DNA of 64,000 nucleotides from Zootoca vivipara (Eukaryota), in the NCBI RefSeq assembly GCF_963506605.1, contig NC_083288.1:38812001-38876000 (forward strand). The letters are read 5' to 3'. Positions 1 through 19,514 of this stretch are shown piece by piece. Each line of letters starts with the position of its first letter. The stretch's first letter is position 1. The notes under the pieces were generated by a model. That model was not told where the DNA came from. It did not search any database and was given only the letters and a program-made list of their open reading frames with translations. Position numbers and translations under genes: made by a program.

Positions 1-7989
<7,989 letters not shown>

Positions 7990-8765
7990 TGGTGCTCTGG
8001 GACATGTGTGCACCTGTATCAAGCAGCTTCCCTCGTCTCCAGTGGACTGGTGGGGTCAGTGTGAGCCCTGGGCAGAGAAACCGAGCCCCCCACTCCCTTC
8101 CTGTCAGGCAGGGATAAGAGTGCAGCCTCCTGCTGCCTTAACCTGAGGAGCACCCAGCCACCCCTCCCAGAAGGACTTTAGCCTCCTTCAGCTATGAACC
8201 TCTTCCAAGCACAGGTTGGGGCTTAAGAGATACGGGGTGTGATGTCTCTGTTTTAGGGGTGTTTGTGGCGGAGGGAGGGCAGGAGTCGAGGGGCTGGTGT
8301 GCCCTCAGTTTGGGGTCCCGGTTTCTTCCCAGATCCCTCTTCCTAACAGGTTTGTGTCTGCTTCCAGTATTCCTGCTGGGCTGAAATGGCTCTGGGGCGT
8401 GTTCTCCCTCAATGGACTGATGGGAAAGCTGCTTTCAGGGGAAGGGGGAGGGCTGTATCTTGGGGCACCTCCCCCTGCCAGGCAGTGTAAATATTTATAT
8501 ATTCTGCCCCAAGCAGGTGGGGGAAAAGGTTTTTTTGTACATTTATAAAAGGTTTGAGATTGTGATTTTAAAAGTGACTTCTCCCTCTTCTCCTATCCTC
8601 CCCCCACAGCTCCCCTTGTTTTTACTGTACTGCTCTTTTCTATACCTGTATCTGCACCCTCTCCACCTCCTGGTCCCTTTCCTCCTTCTGTAATTGATCG
8701 GAAAGGTGCAGTGATGAGGGTGCAATGCACTTGTCCTGTGCCCCTTTTCTTCCCCAGGTTGGTTA

Positions 8766-8771
8766 ATTAAA
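8766..8771 (+). terminator. Probable FBRS poly(A) signal (ATTAAA)
   Basis: ATTAAA about 780 nt after the FBRS stop, followed by GT-rich sequence (tcggtgtgtgtgtcttt). Confidence 0.5.
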
Positions 8772-10599
8772 ACCCAAACTGGTGCTTCTGGATTCCTCGG
8801 TGTGTGTGTCTTTGGATGGATGGCGGGGAGGAGGGCAGGAGGAAGAGGAGGGGAAAGCGCAAGACCTCTACAATCTTTCTCACTTGAATCCTGGGTGTTT
8901 AGCCCCATCTGTTGGAAGCAGGACACTATTACGGTAGATTAAAAGTGGAGTTCTGGGAAAGGGAGGCTGGCACCCTGGAAGAGTATAATTTTTGTAGCCC
9001 TTTAAAAGATAAAAGAAAGGGAACAAGACTTGGAGCCAAACTGTACACTGCTTGATCAAGATTCCCCCAAAAGCATCCCATCTCCAGAGCAATTGTGATG
9101 GTATGGAAGTAGGACACTAGTTTTACAGGTGGTGAAACCCTTTGGCATGAAGGCAGCATCAACAGTGTTTTTGCTTTGGAAGAGAAATGAAAGCCTCATT
9201 TTAGTCTCTCTCTTCCCTCACCCTTTTGTTTTAGGGACAGAGTGATAAACCAGTGCAAGTGGCTGCCTGAAATTGAAAGTGGGTTTTCCATTTCCCTGCC
9301 CCCACCTTTAATCCTTCCTGCACAAGTGCTAGACTTAGATCCCAGCAGACAAAGCCCTTTCTCCAAAGGATGATCCCACACACCAGAGGGCAACTTAAGA
9401 AATGCCCATTAAAAAGCTAACACCTGCCAGGGAGTTGGGCAAAATGAAATGGTCTAAGATATCTGCAGGACAGACTTCATAACTCCTTTGAAGTTGGGAC
9501 AAAGTATGTTTTGGTGCCTCTCACTTTCATTGCTATAAGCCATGCCAAGACACTAAGGTAAATTTGTGCAGGTCTACAGGTAACCCCTACCAGTCATAGC
9601 CAGAGGTTTTCCCACCCAAGTGTGGTATCTTTGCTAGCCACTATTGAACACTGAGCTAGATTTGATGCTCTGAGCAGCACTGAAAGCCCTAAGGATTTCT
9701 CTCTCTACCCTAAAGGCTGGATTTTCATTACTATGAGTTGCCCTAGTATGATATATCATGCCAAATGAGAGTGGAGGAGGAAGTAGGCCGTTGATGCTGC
9801 TTGTAGCCTGGTTGGTTATGGCAAGGGAACCAGTCTATAATTCACTTTCAAACCAGTAGTTGTCAGTCTTTGACACCTCTGCCACAAACACTTCCTAATG
9901 TTGAGAAAGTACATAAAAGGGGCAGACATCTCCAAATCCTGTACTATCCTGGTATATTATGAAACAGGGTTGGCAGTGTGGAATTGTCATTGGGGAGATC
10001 CCCTGGCTATCACCAGCCTGAGATCTCCGATTCTGGAGTTTTGCTTCACATCCCTTCCAACTCTTTAACACCATAGACTGTTTGGGCTTTGGTAGAATCT
10101 GGGGGAAAGTGATAAAAGATGTGGCATTACAGCCAGAAATGAGCCAGGCTGGGACTACTACCAGGTTGGACCCTTATTTTTCTCCATTCTCACTTCAAAA
10201 GCCACATACTGTATTGTTCATTGCGATCCCTTGGGGAAAAGGGGGAAATCTCACTAAATATTGAATGGCCATGATTAAGTGACACATACATAATTGGTTT
10301 ATACTCCTTGTATTTTCACAAAAGTTCTCCATTGCAGCAATTTTTAAATCTCTGTGATAAGAATAGGATGGAAGAGGTAGGTAAAATGGAAAGTTTCTTG
10401 TCTGTGAAGTTTGCTTTGTACTTTTCTGCTTTCTAGTAGTCTCAGTGTTTGGTACTGTCTCTTTCCAACCAGGAGGCAGCAAAGAATCTGGAGCAACAAT
10501 GACTGAAATCCAAAATCCCTTTTAAAACCACTTTAATAAGAATGAACTTTTCTTTCCTCCGCCAAGCCACAAATTTAGAGATTTTATCATGTTCCAGGT

Positions 10600-10847
10600 C
10601 ATGGGTAGGCAAACTAAGGCCCGGGGGCCGGATCCGGCCCAATCGCCTTCTAAATTTGGCCTGCGGATGGTCCGGGAATCAGCGTGTTTTTACATGAGTA
10701 GAATGTGTCCTTTTATTTAAAATGCATGTCTGGGTTATTTGTTGGGCATAGGAATTCGTTCTGCCCCCCCAAAAAATATAGTATGCCCCCCACAAGGTCT
10801 GAGGGACAGTGGACCAGCCCCCTGCTGAAAAAAATTGCTGACCCCTG
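10600..10847. mobile_element. hAT-type MITE
   Basis: Ends catgggtaggcaaact / aattgctgacccctg; near-perfect 8-bp TSD ttccaggt / ttctaggt. Confidence 0.8.
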
Positions 10848-13759
10848 TTCTAGGTGATGCAGGGATCATTTTGCAGAAATGAGTGCAACTAGCCAAATGC
10901 TATATCCTAGGCTACTTTTATTTTTTATACATAAAAACACGCCACCTACATGCCTGGTTCAGTTTGGACTGAAGCTCTTGTTTGAAACATGAAGTATTGG
11001 AAAAGTGTAGTAGTCCTTACTCTTGCCTTTTATACGCCACTCTCTACATATTCACAAATTGAATTGGGTGGCAAAAGCGCTTAGGAAATCGGGAATCCTG
11101 CAGTTTTCAATCTAATTTGGGATTGTGTCTCCCAGCTTTTTAAAATGGTTTTATTTTTATATTTTTAACACACAAAGATACATGATGTCTTTGAGGTGGT
11201 ACCAAATTATCCAAAAGACTGAGATGGATCTCTAATGTCCAATATTCTTGATGAGCTGTTTTGTATTTTTTTAAAAAACAAAACAAAACCTGGTAGATCA
11301 ATAATGGTTCCCAATTGTCCAAAAAACAGAATCCCTGTGGTAGTTTATAGCAAGTGATTTTTACTGTTAACTGACCTTTGCCAAACGGGAGCCAGTCCTT
11401 CAGAGGAGGCAAACTGACTTTTCCCATATTTTGTAATCAGAATATACACTGTAACACATAGATAATTTAGTAAATATTGATGCTTTTATAATATGTTGCC
11501 AAAATATTCCCAATAACATAATTTCTGGTCTCAAAAGTAATACTTGTAAAAAAAAAGTTAAAGCAAGAGGTTTCCAAATGATAGCTGTCATTGGAAAGTA
11601 GTTATCACATACCGTATTAGGAATGCTGTTTTTTTTTAATTGCCATGTGAACATCCCGAAGCTGCTAATGCTACAATCCTAATTCAATGGGACTTACTCC
11701 CAAGTAAGTGGGTATAGTATTGCATCTTAAACGGCACATCCTCTTTAAACTCCATGGTGTTGATACGAAAAAATAATAAAAATTATTTCCGGGTTGAATA
11801 TCCACTGAGATTTCTAAAGCCCCAACACAGATTTCAACCTAGTCCCAAGTTAGATCTATTGATTTAACTGGCCTTGTTCTGTGTGTGACTAAAATTGGAT
11901 ACCATCCTATAACAATTTATTGTATAGTGAAAACGATTTTATAAACCCTTGGTGAAAACTTTCTGAGGTGTTGTCCTCATAATACATCCTCAGGAGTTCT
12001 TCTACATACTGGCATGTTTCCATTTGTTCCTTCAGAACCGGATGTCATTCATGGAATGTGTGGCTTTTTTCCTTTTATGATGAAAATAAAAGTTATCTGA
12101 AAGAAACGTCACAGATGAAGGCATTTTAATGAATTGTTTTAAGAACAGAAGAATCTAGTTCCAGAACACAATCAGCAAAGCTTGCATTTGTGTCTGCAAC
12201 AAGTGGAGCTACGTACAGCAGTGATGGAGAACTAATGCTTTAGGTCATGCTAGACCTATAGTCTGACTTAAATGTAAGGCAACATCGTATGGTTATCAGT
12301 TTATAGATAACTGGTTGTTTTTTACCAGCACACACACACACAAACCTATCAAGCTGCACTCCAATCCAGAAGTCCAAAACTTCCATGGGTTCATACATCC
12401 TTTTTAATATATTGGGGACGACGGATGGACGGACGGACACACACACACTCGTCATCACTTATGACAGTGGGACCTATGGAAGCAGTTTAAAAATGACAAA
12501 TACAGAGGAATCTTGGGGAGGGGGCTGGATACATCCTGTGGGCTGCAGGTTAGCTATCCCTGCTACACAGCATAGTAGTTTAAATAAATTAAAAGTTATA
12601 TATTCACAATAACAAATTGGCTTGATCAAAGATGCTAGTACTCAATATAGCTACAATTTTGCTAAAAATCCTTGTGTGTTTAGGACTGCAGCATTAACTT
12701 GGTTTATCCTCAGAATAAGTGAGAGGGTATCCTAGGTATTTGTTTTTCCCACTGCAGCCAATTAGTCCATGGCAAGAGGTAGGACTTGAATATAGGCCTC
12801 TCACGTATTAAGTCAAGTAGACATTGCAGCATGCTGTCTCTCTGTCCCCATTCTTTTAAATTTGTTGGACAGGCCCAATCCTGAACCATCTATCCAGAAT
12901 GGAAGTGAAGAAGAGCAAATATTTGTAAATGCCACCCCCTTATTTTATTTAGAAATCAACTGTGACTTATAGCTATCAAAGCAATAAAGACAGTAATAAA
13001 AAACATAAGAGCAGGTAAAAATGAGTTTATAAGCAGGTAGCTCAAGGCTTTAGCATGAACCTAAAAGGTTTATTCAAAAGTAACCTCCATTAAGTTCAAT
13101 AGGGTTTACTGCCAGCTGTGTGTGTAGGATTATAGCCTCGACCACATGAACATGAAAAGGTCTATGCTACATCTAAAATGAAAATACTGGTTTTGAAATA
13201 AGTCTCATGTTTGCTTTAAATGCCAATGAGTTTTTCCCTCTTCCTTTGCCAAGTTAGCCAGGCCCACTTTTGCATGTAACCTCAAAATTTGGAATTGGTT
13301 CCCTTTGGAGAAATCATGATTTCAAACTCAAAACTCATTGAAGCTCTGGAGTTCCGAATGCAGATTTATCAGTGCACTAGAAGTTTGTTGAATTCACAGC
13401 TTTTATGGTTTTGAAATGAGATCGAAATGTTGTCAACAACGTCTTGTAAACCTCGTTTCGCGCAACGGTGCCCATGTAAACAATATTCATTGAAAGTTTC
13501 CTGACTTTCAAAGTCGCATCTGAAGTATCTGCCAGTCCTAGGGGAAGTGCATGTTTTCACGAGCCAAAGCAGCCTCTTCTCATTCATAAGCGCGGTGTGC
13601 ACCTTGTTTTGAGCACCTTCGAATGGTCGCGCCAGCCCGCCCAGCGAACAATTGGAAGAATTTTTCAGGAAAGACAAATCGAGTCCTCCCTCCCACCGTC
13701 CGAAAGAGAACGGGAGACTCCAACCCCCAGCATACCCCAGGACTCCATATCCCAGCATG

Positions 13760-14850
13760 CACTTCACTCGCGATGGCCTTTCCCTCGTCCCGCGGGCTCG
13801 CAGTCCCGCATCCCAATCTATCTGATTGTGAGGGAGAAGACCTCCATTTTCCGCAGTTCTTCTGGCCCGCGGCCTCTCGCCGGGACGCCGTCCTCCTGCG
13901 TGACGCGTCTGTGAGACACTTTGGGTTTGAGTTTCTTTTCTCTTTCTCCACGCACGCACACCCTCCTTCGCGTTATCCAAGCTCTCGCGAGACTTGTACG
14001 CCGAGGCCGGCGGGTGGAGGGAGCGGTGGGAGGAGGGAGGGGCTGGCCCTGGCGCTTGGTGGTGGCGGCCGCCATTTTGCCGCGGCGGGTCGGGTCTGGC
14101 TCGGCGGGGCCTGGTTAGGGATCAGCATCCGGGTGGGAGGGGTGGGCGACGTGCCGAGGAGCACCGGCGAAGGCCGCGCAAAGGGAGAAGTCGCGCGGGA
14201 GAGGCCTGGGGGCCACGGATGGCGGCGGATTCTCTCCGGCCGAGGCGGCGGCGCTGGGGCTGAGGCGGCGGCAGGAGGAGGCGGGGCAGGAGGCGCCTCC
14301 CCTCCCTCCTCACTCCTCCCCCCTCCCACCCAGGTAAGATGGCGGACCGGCCGGGGCTCTACTCCACTCGCTCACACCCACCTTCCTGGAGGGGTGCAAG
14401 TCTCTGCTTCGAGTCGGGAGGGAAAAGTGAGGAAACAGATAAGAGCGCGCGCGTGTGCCTGGTTGCCGGTGGTCGCGCGCTCGCGCGGCCTTTTACCTCC
14501 CCCGTCCCTTCCTCTCTTCCATCGGCCATCGGCCATTTCCCTCCCCTGCCTATAGAGGGCGCACTAATGGAGAGTGGCGGGGCGGGAAATAAAGAGAAAG
14601 GAGCCAATGTGGGAGCCGCACGCGCTTACCCAGCCAACGGCCGCTCTCAGTGCTGGCCTATTATTACTTCACCTATCGCCCTCCCCCCCCCCCCGTCACC
14701 TCGTTTCCTTGCGCGCGCCGCGAAACCGACCAACCAACGGCCGCCTACTCCTCAGTGGGTGGGGGAGGGGCGAGCGGGGATTCTCGGGGGACTAAGGAGG
14801 GAGGGCTAGGGAGGGAGGCGTTTGGGGGAAACCGGGGCGGGGTCAAGGGG
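13760..14850. promoter_or_regulatory. CpG island / SRCAP promoter
   Basis: Dense CpG. TCTCGCGAGA palindrome (BANP/ZBTB33 motif) at 13983-13992; YY1 motifs CCGCCATTTT at 14069-14078 and AAGATGGCGG at 14336-14345; GC boxes; CCAAT at 14604. Confidence 0.9.
14050..14333 (+). other. SRCAP: SRCAP exon 1 (5' leader; start approximate)
   Basis: Strong donor CAG|GTAAGA at 14333/14334 inside the CpG island; the TSS cannot be determined from sequence. Confidence 0.7.
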
Positions 14851-15218
14851 TCAAAGGGAAAAGGTGGGAGGGAAAGGGTGTTAAAGGGTGGGGAAAATTA
14901 AAGGGCATCGAACTTGTGCTGAAAAAGAAAGAAACTAGGGGTCAGAGGGGGAATCGCTTGCGGTTAGGGTGCAATGAATGAATAAATGCAGGATTGCGGG
15001 TACAAGGATTGATTTTTAGCGGGGCGCAAGGGTTCTGCTAAAGTGTGGCAAGTTCAAAGGGTATTCGGGTATCATCTGGGACTTGAGCGGTTGCACTGCT
15101 CTAGGGTTTGAGTGGCTAGGGATAATACTTGAAAAGTTGGGAGTGGGTTGCAGTTACTTAGCACCATCAAAGTTTTGCAAGAAACCAGACCAGAAATAAG
15201 TGAAAGGTTAATGTAGTC

Positions 15219-18200
15219 ATGGAGTCTGAGGAGGGGCAGGCTGAAGCTCAGGATGATAGGAAGGGAGAGGAGGCTGTAGTGAATGAAGAAACCACAGTGG
15301 AAGGACTTCCCAATGAGGCAGAGAGAAAGATATCTGGATTGCTTCCAGAGACAGGTGTGGGACAGGGGGAGGCTAAAGACTCAGAGGCAAGTGAGGGGGA
15401 GGCTAAAGACTCAGAGGCAAGTGAGGGGGAGGCTAAAGACTCAGAGGCGAGTGAGGGGAAGGTTGAGGACTTGCTGGAGGCAAGTCAGGGGGAGACAGAG
15501 GAGGAGGTTGAAAAAGAACATGAGGCACCAGCTACTGGAGAATTGATGGAACCAGACCAGGATACATTTGAACCCTTAGCAGAACTGGATAGGGGGGTGG
15601 CTGAGGATGCACTGAAAGGAGATGTGGCATTAGATATGTCTGGGGAAGAGGCTGAGGAGATTATTGAACCAGATCTGGGAAAAGCAGAAGAATTGGAGAC
15701 AGTGGTTCTTGAGGCAATTCAACACCAGAGTAATAGAGAGAAAGAAGAAGCTGAAGAGTCAAGTGAACCAAATCAGGAGGAAATCAGTGTTTCCGGGAGC
15801 CCAGACGAGGGGGAAGCTGAGGGGAAGACTGGAAAAGGAATGGATCAGCAGGAGACAGAGGAATTTATTCATGAGGAAGAAGCACTGGTGGGAGAGGGTG
15901 AAATGGTTCTAGAAATGGGGGGACATGGGACTGAAGAGTTGGCAGGGCCGGACCATGGGAAAGAAGAGGATTTGGTAGAAGAGGACCGTGTAGATTCTGG
16001 AGAGAGGGTTGAAAAGGGAGATGAACAGCAAAAGTTGATGGGACTGCAAGAGGGGGAAGCTGAGGCAACTGTTAGAGACGATGAGGCAGTGGAGGAGGCT
16101 GAAAAGATGCCAGAGTCTGTGGAGCTGGGAGAGAGTGACAAAGAAGTTGGTGAATCAACAGAGGATAAGGGGAAGATGGATGAATTGTCAGGGCTGGGTC
16201 AAGGGGAGATCCTAGAGGTCACCGGAAAGGAAGAGGATGTGGTACCTGCAATGGACTATAAAGAAACTGAGAAGGTGTCAGGTGTAAATGAGAGAGAGCT
16301 AGAGGAAGTGACTGCAGAGGAAGATGCAATATTAGCAAGGGGCCAGGAGGAGTTGGTAGGACTAGGTCAGGGGGAAATTGAGGTGTTGAGTGGAGAGGAG
16401 GAACCAGTTTTGGATAAGAGGGAGGCGGAGATGACAGTTGGACCAGGTGAGGAGGGGCTTGGTGAGGAAATTGAAAGGGAAGATAGGGTATCTGGGGTAG
16501 ATCAGAGAGAGGCTGAAAGCATGATTGTGGAAGGGGATGTGGTATCAGCAGAGGGTTGGGGGGAGGTTGAAGACTCGGTGAAGTCAAGCAGGGGAGAGGC
16601 AGAGGAGGTGGCACCATCAATGGATCAAGTTAAAGCTGAAGCCCTACAGGAAGATCTGAGGGAGTCAGAGTTGGTGATTGCTGAGGGAGAGGCAGGCGCA
16701 TCTGAGGAGAAGGCTGAGCATTTGGTGGTGGCAAGTCAGGAAGAAGTTGAGGGTGAGACTGAAAAAGAGAGTATGCCATCAACACTAGATCAGGGGTCAC
16801 CAGGAATAGATGAAAGGCAGGTAGAGGAGGTGACTACAGAGAAAGATGTGGAATCAGTAGAAGATCAAAAGCAAGTTGAGGATTTGGCTGGGATAAGTCA
16901 GGGTGAGATTGGCGATATGGTAGCCACAGTGGAGGAAGGGGAAGCTGAAAAAGTGCTAGGGGAAGATAAGAGGGAGGCAGAGGTGTCAATTTCAAAGGGA
17001 GATGCGGCATTTATTGAGGGGGAGGGTTTGGTAGTGACAAGTCAGGAAGAGACTGAGGAGGTGACTGTCAAGGAGGATATGATAAAAGTGGCTATTGATG
17101 TGGCTGAGCAAGTGATAGGAGCAGCTCAGAGGGAAACAGAAGAGATGACTGCAATGGGTCAGGAAGAAGGAAGGGAGGAGGCGGTGGGAGCACCAGAGAG
17201 AATAGCTGGAACACAAGAAGAAACTGGAGGTCTGGAGGAAGTACTTGTGCAAAGTCAGGAGATGGGGGCTGAGGAAGAGGTGAAACTAGGAACTAGTCAG
17301 GAGAAAGTTGGAGATCTAGCAGAACCAGAACAAAGGGAGACAAAAGAGCATGTAGGACTTGATCAGGAAGAAGCCAGGCAGTTGGGTTCAACTGAGATGG
17401 TTACTAGGGAGGAATCTCGAGAAAAAAAAGAGGCATTAGTTGGGGATCAGAGTGATACTAAGGTGCTGGTGGAACCATTTCAAGGACCAGTAGTGGAGGT
17501 TACAAGTGTAGGAGAGATTGTATTGGCTGAGCAGCATCAAGGTACTCTGGGAAGAAAGGTATCCTCTCAGGAGAAGACATTAATTTGGAGCCCAGAATTA
17601 GAAGAACAGTTGGGAGGACCAACTCAGGAGATGGCAGGCGTGCCTTCCAGGGAGGTGATATTGAGTCAAAGGGCAAGACCAATTGAAGAAGATACCAGAG
17701 TAACCTGGTTGGCATCTGATACGAACCTGGCCCGAGGTCGAGTGGAATCAAGCCTGAAGGTGGCTGAATTGAAAAAATCAGGTTCCTCAGTGCTATCATC
17801 ACATTTTTCACAGCGTACTGCCATAGGAAGTCAAGAGGAACGTCGCAAGTTGAAGGGGAAAATAATTTCAGGGTTGGCAGGATTACGGCAAGGGCCAATA
17901 CTGGTACCACATCAAGGGGCAACACGCTCATGTGGATTCCGTCGTGGAGTGCTGGAGCACAGGGCTCCAGGGTTGATTGTGACCAGTTTAACAGCGATGG
18001 CTCAGCAAAAGGGAATGGTTAAGGAGGCTTCTACGCAACTGGGAAAGGGTGAATTAGATCAGAGGGAGACACGATCAGCTGAATTGAGGTCTCGTGCAAT
18101 TAGGGTTAAAGTGGGTGAGCCAGTGGTTATGATGGGGTACAGAATTGGACGGGAAGGGATGTCATGTTTCTCTGAGGCAGATAACAGGATAGAGGGCTTT

Positions 18201-19049
18201 CAGCATGTTCCTATGATGGAGGAGGCAGGGAAGGAACCTGATCAGACCCCAGCAGAACTACCGAGGCAGGAAGAGAAAGTTAAGGAGTTGGAGACACTGG
18301 CCAAGGATGTTGATGACAGAGCAAGGCAACATCCAGAAGGAATGTACTTGCCATGGCTTGGTAGGCCACTAACACAAGATTATGCGACAATACGACCAGG
18401 TTCTGGTTGGACTGCAGGCCTTGGGTCTGGGCATGGACTTGCTTTAGGGCCATTGCGGGCTGGAATAAAAGAACGAATAAACATGATGGTGACAGGTCAG
18501 GGAGCAGTAAAGTCAGGAGGACCAAGTCCTGAGCCACCAGTGTCTGGGATGGGAAGAAGGGTGTTTGGGCTTACAAGCCAATCAGGCAATGTACACTGGG
18601 TGAAGGACGTATTGGGATCTAAGCAGACAGTCTCTCGACTCTCTGTAACAGTTTGTGGCTCAAAAGCAAGCAGTCCTGACTCTATGGCAGGGAGACGAAG
18701 TCCAGGCGTATTAACAGGAAAGCAAGAGTTGAAAGATTGGCGGGATGGGGTAATGGGAATTGCAATTAAAAGGTATAATGCCATGAGGCGGGCAATGTGG
18801 GGTGAAGGCCCAGCTGGTTTGCATGTGAAGGGGGTGAAGGTGGCTGAAATTTCCAATGGTATTCCATTGAGTTCTGTTAAGACTAGTTCCATTCTGGGGC
18901 AGGTTGAACAGAGGGCGCTGAGGCTGGCACAACATGTGGAGGGTGAGGCTGTGTCAGGATTGGAAGTAGAAGGGCAGGGGCTGGCTGATAGGCTGAAGCA
19001 GGATATGGAGTCAGCAGGGTCAGGCCAGGGAGGTAGAATTACAAGGTAA
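15219..19049 (+). CDS. 1276-aa Glu/Gly-rich ORF in SRCAP intron 1; probable giant alternative coding exon (15219-19045) spliced in frame to SRCAP
   Basis: 3.8-kb uninterrupted ORF with a strong Kozak context (gtcATGG). The stop TAA lies inside the donor AAG|GTAACT, and the phase-2 junction to exon 19805 keeps the frame open to the SRCAP ATG at 21136. Confidence 0.75.
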   Translation: MESEEGQAEAQDDRKGEEAVVNEETTVEGLPNEAERKISGLLPETGVGQGEAKDSEASEGEAKDSEASEGEAKDSEASEGKVEDLLEASQGETEEEVEKEHEAPATGELMEPDQDTFEPLAELDRGVAEDALKGDVALDMSGEEAEEIIEPDLGKAEELETVVLEAIQHQSNREKEEAEESSEPNQEEISVSGSPDEGEAEGKTGKGMDQQETEEFIHEEEALVGEGEMVLEMGGHGTEELAGPDHGKEEDLVEEDRVDSGERVEKGDEQQKLMGLQEGEAEATVRDDEAVEEAEKMPESVELGESDKEVGESTEDKGKMDELSGLGQGEILEVTGKEEDVVPAMDYKETEKVSGVNERELEEVTAEEDAILARGQEELVGLGQGEIEVLSGEEEPVLDKREAEMTVGPGEEGLGEEIEREDRVSGVDQREAESMIVEGDVVSAEGWGEVEDSVKSSRGEAEEVAPSMDQVKAEALQEDLRESELVIAEGEAGASEEKAEHLVVASQEEVEGETEKESMPSTLDQGSPGIDERQVEEVTTEKDVESVEDQKQVEDLAGISQGEIGDMVATVEEGEAEKVLGEDKREAEVSISKGDAAFIEGEGLVVTSQEETEEVTVKEDMIKVAIDVAEQVIGAAQRETEEMTAMGQEEGREEAVGAPERIAGTQEETGGLEEVLVQSQEMGAEEEVKLGTSQEKVGDLAEPEQRETKEHVGLDQEEARQLGSTEMVTREESREKKEALVGDQSDTKVLVEPFQGPVVEVTSVGEIVLAEQHQGTLGRKVSSQEKTLIWSPELEEQLGGPTQEMAGVPSREVILSQRARPIEEDTRVTWLASDTNLARGRVESSLKVAELKKSGSSVLSSHFSQRTAIGSQEERRKLKGKIISGLAGLRQGPILVPHQGATRSCGFRRGVLEHRAPGLIVTSLTAMAQQKGMVKEASTQLGKGELDQRETRSAELRSRAIRVKVGEPVVMMGYRIGREGMSCFSEADNRIEGFQHVPMMEEAGKEPDQTPAELPRQEEKVKELETLAKDVDDRARQHPEGMYLPWLGRPLTQDYATIRPGSGWTAGLGSGHGLALGPLRAGIKERINMMVTGQGAVKSGGPSPEPPVSGMGRRVFGLTSQSGNVHWVKDVLGSKQTVSRLSVTVCGSKASSPDSMAGRRSPGVLTGKQELKDWRDGVMGIAIKRYNAMRRAMWGEGPAGLHVKGVKVAEISNGIPLSSVKTSSILGQVEQRALRLAQHVEGEAVSGLEVEGQGLADRLKQDMESAGSGQGGRITR
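15366..15455 (+). repeat. 30-bp coding tandem repeat x3 (GEAKDSEASE)
   Basis: ggggaggctaaagactcagaggcaagtgag repeated three times, in frame. Confidence 0.95.
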
Positions 19050-19514
19050 CTGGGTTAAGTGTGGAGTGAGAGGGAAGGAACAAAAGATTTGGGAGATAGT
19101 GGGTTATTTATGAGCTAGGGACAAAATTGAGCTATAGAAGCAGAGAGTTAATAGGACACTATTAGCAATAGAGTTGAGTTGCAAAATCTCAGCTAGCAGG
19201 ATGCATGGGTTGTAGATATCTCTCAAAAGAATGAAGCCAAGAAGGGAAGTAAAGTCTGGGATAATGATATCAGGGTGACATGCAGAATATTCACGCTTCT
19301 GAAGCAAAGGTGGGTACATAGGAAGCAAAATAAAAGGCAAAATAATAATTTATTAGTTATACTCCACTCATCCAGCCAGGTCACCCCAGATACTGAGAAT
19401 ATTTTGGGCTCTGGATACCTAGGCATGGGAGTGAGTGAAAAGGACACTGCTAGACAACTCAGAATCCATCAAGTGGGTGGGAAAGTGAGATAATTCTCCT
19501 AGTGGCTCACCAAA

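Noticed and set aside
13369-14809. Long ORFs on both strands across the CpG island (203, 310 and 156 aa)
   Set aside because: Expected from stop-codon depletion in GC-rich DNA; the 203-aa ORF has a TTG start, and none shows a recognisable domain.
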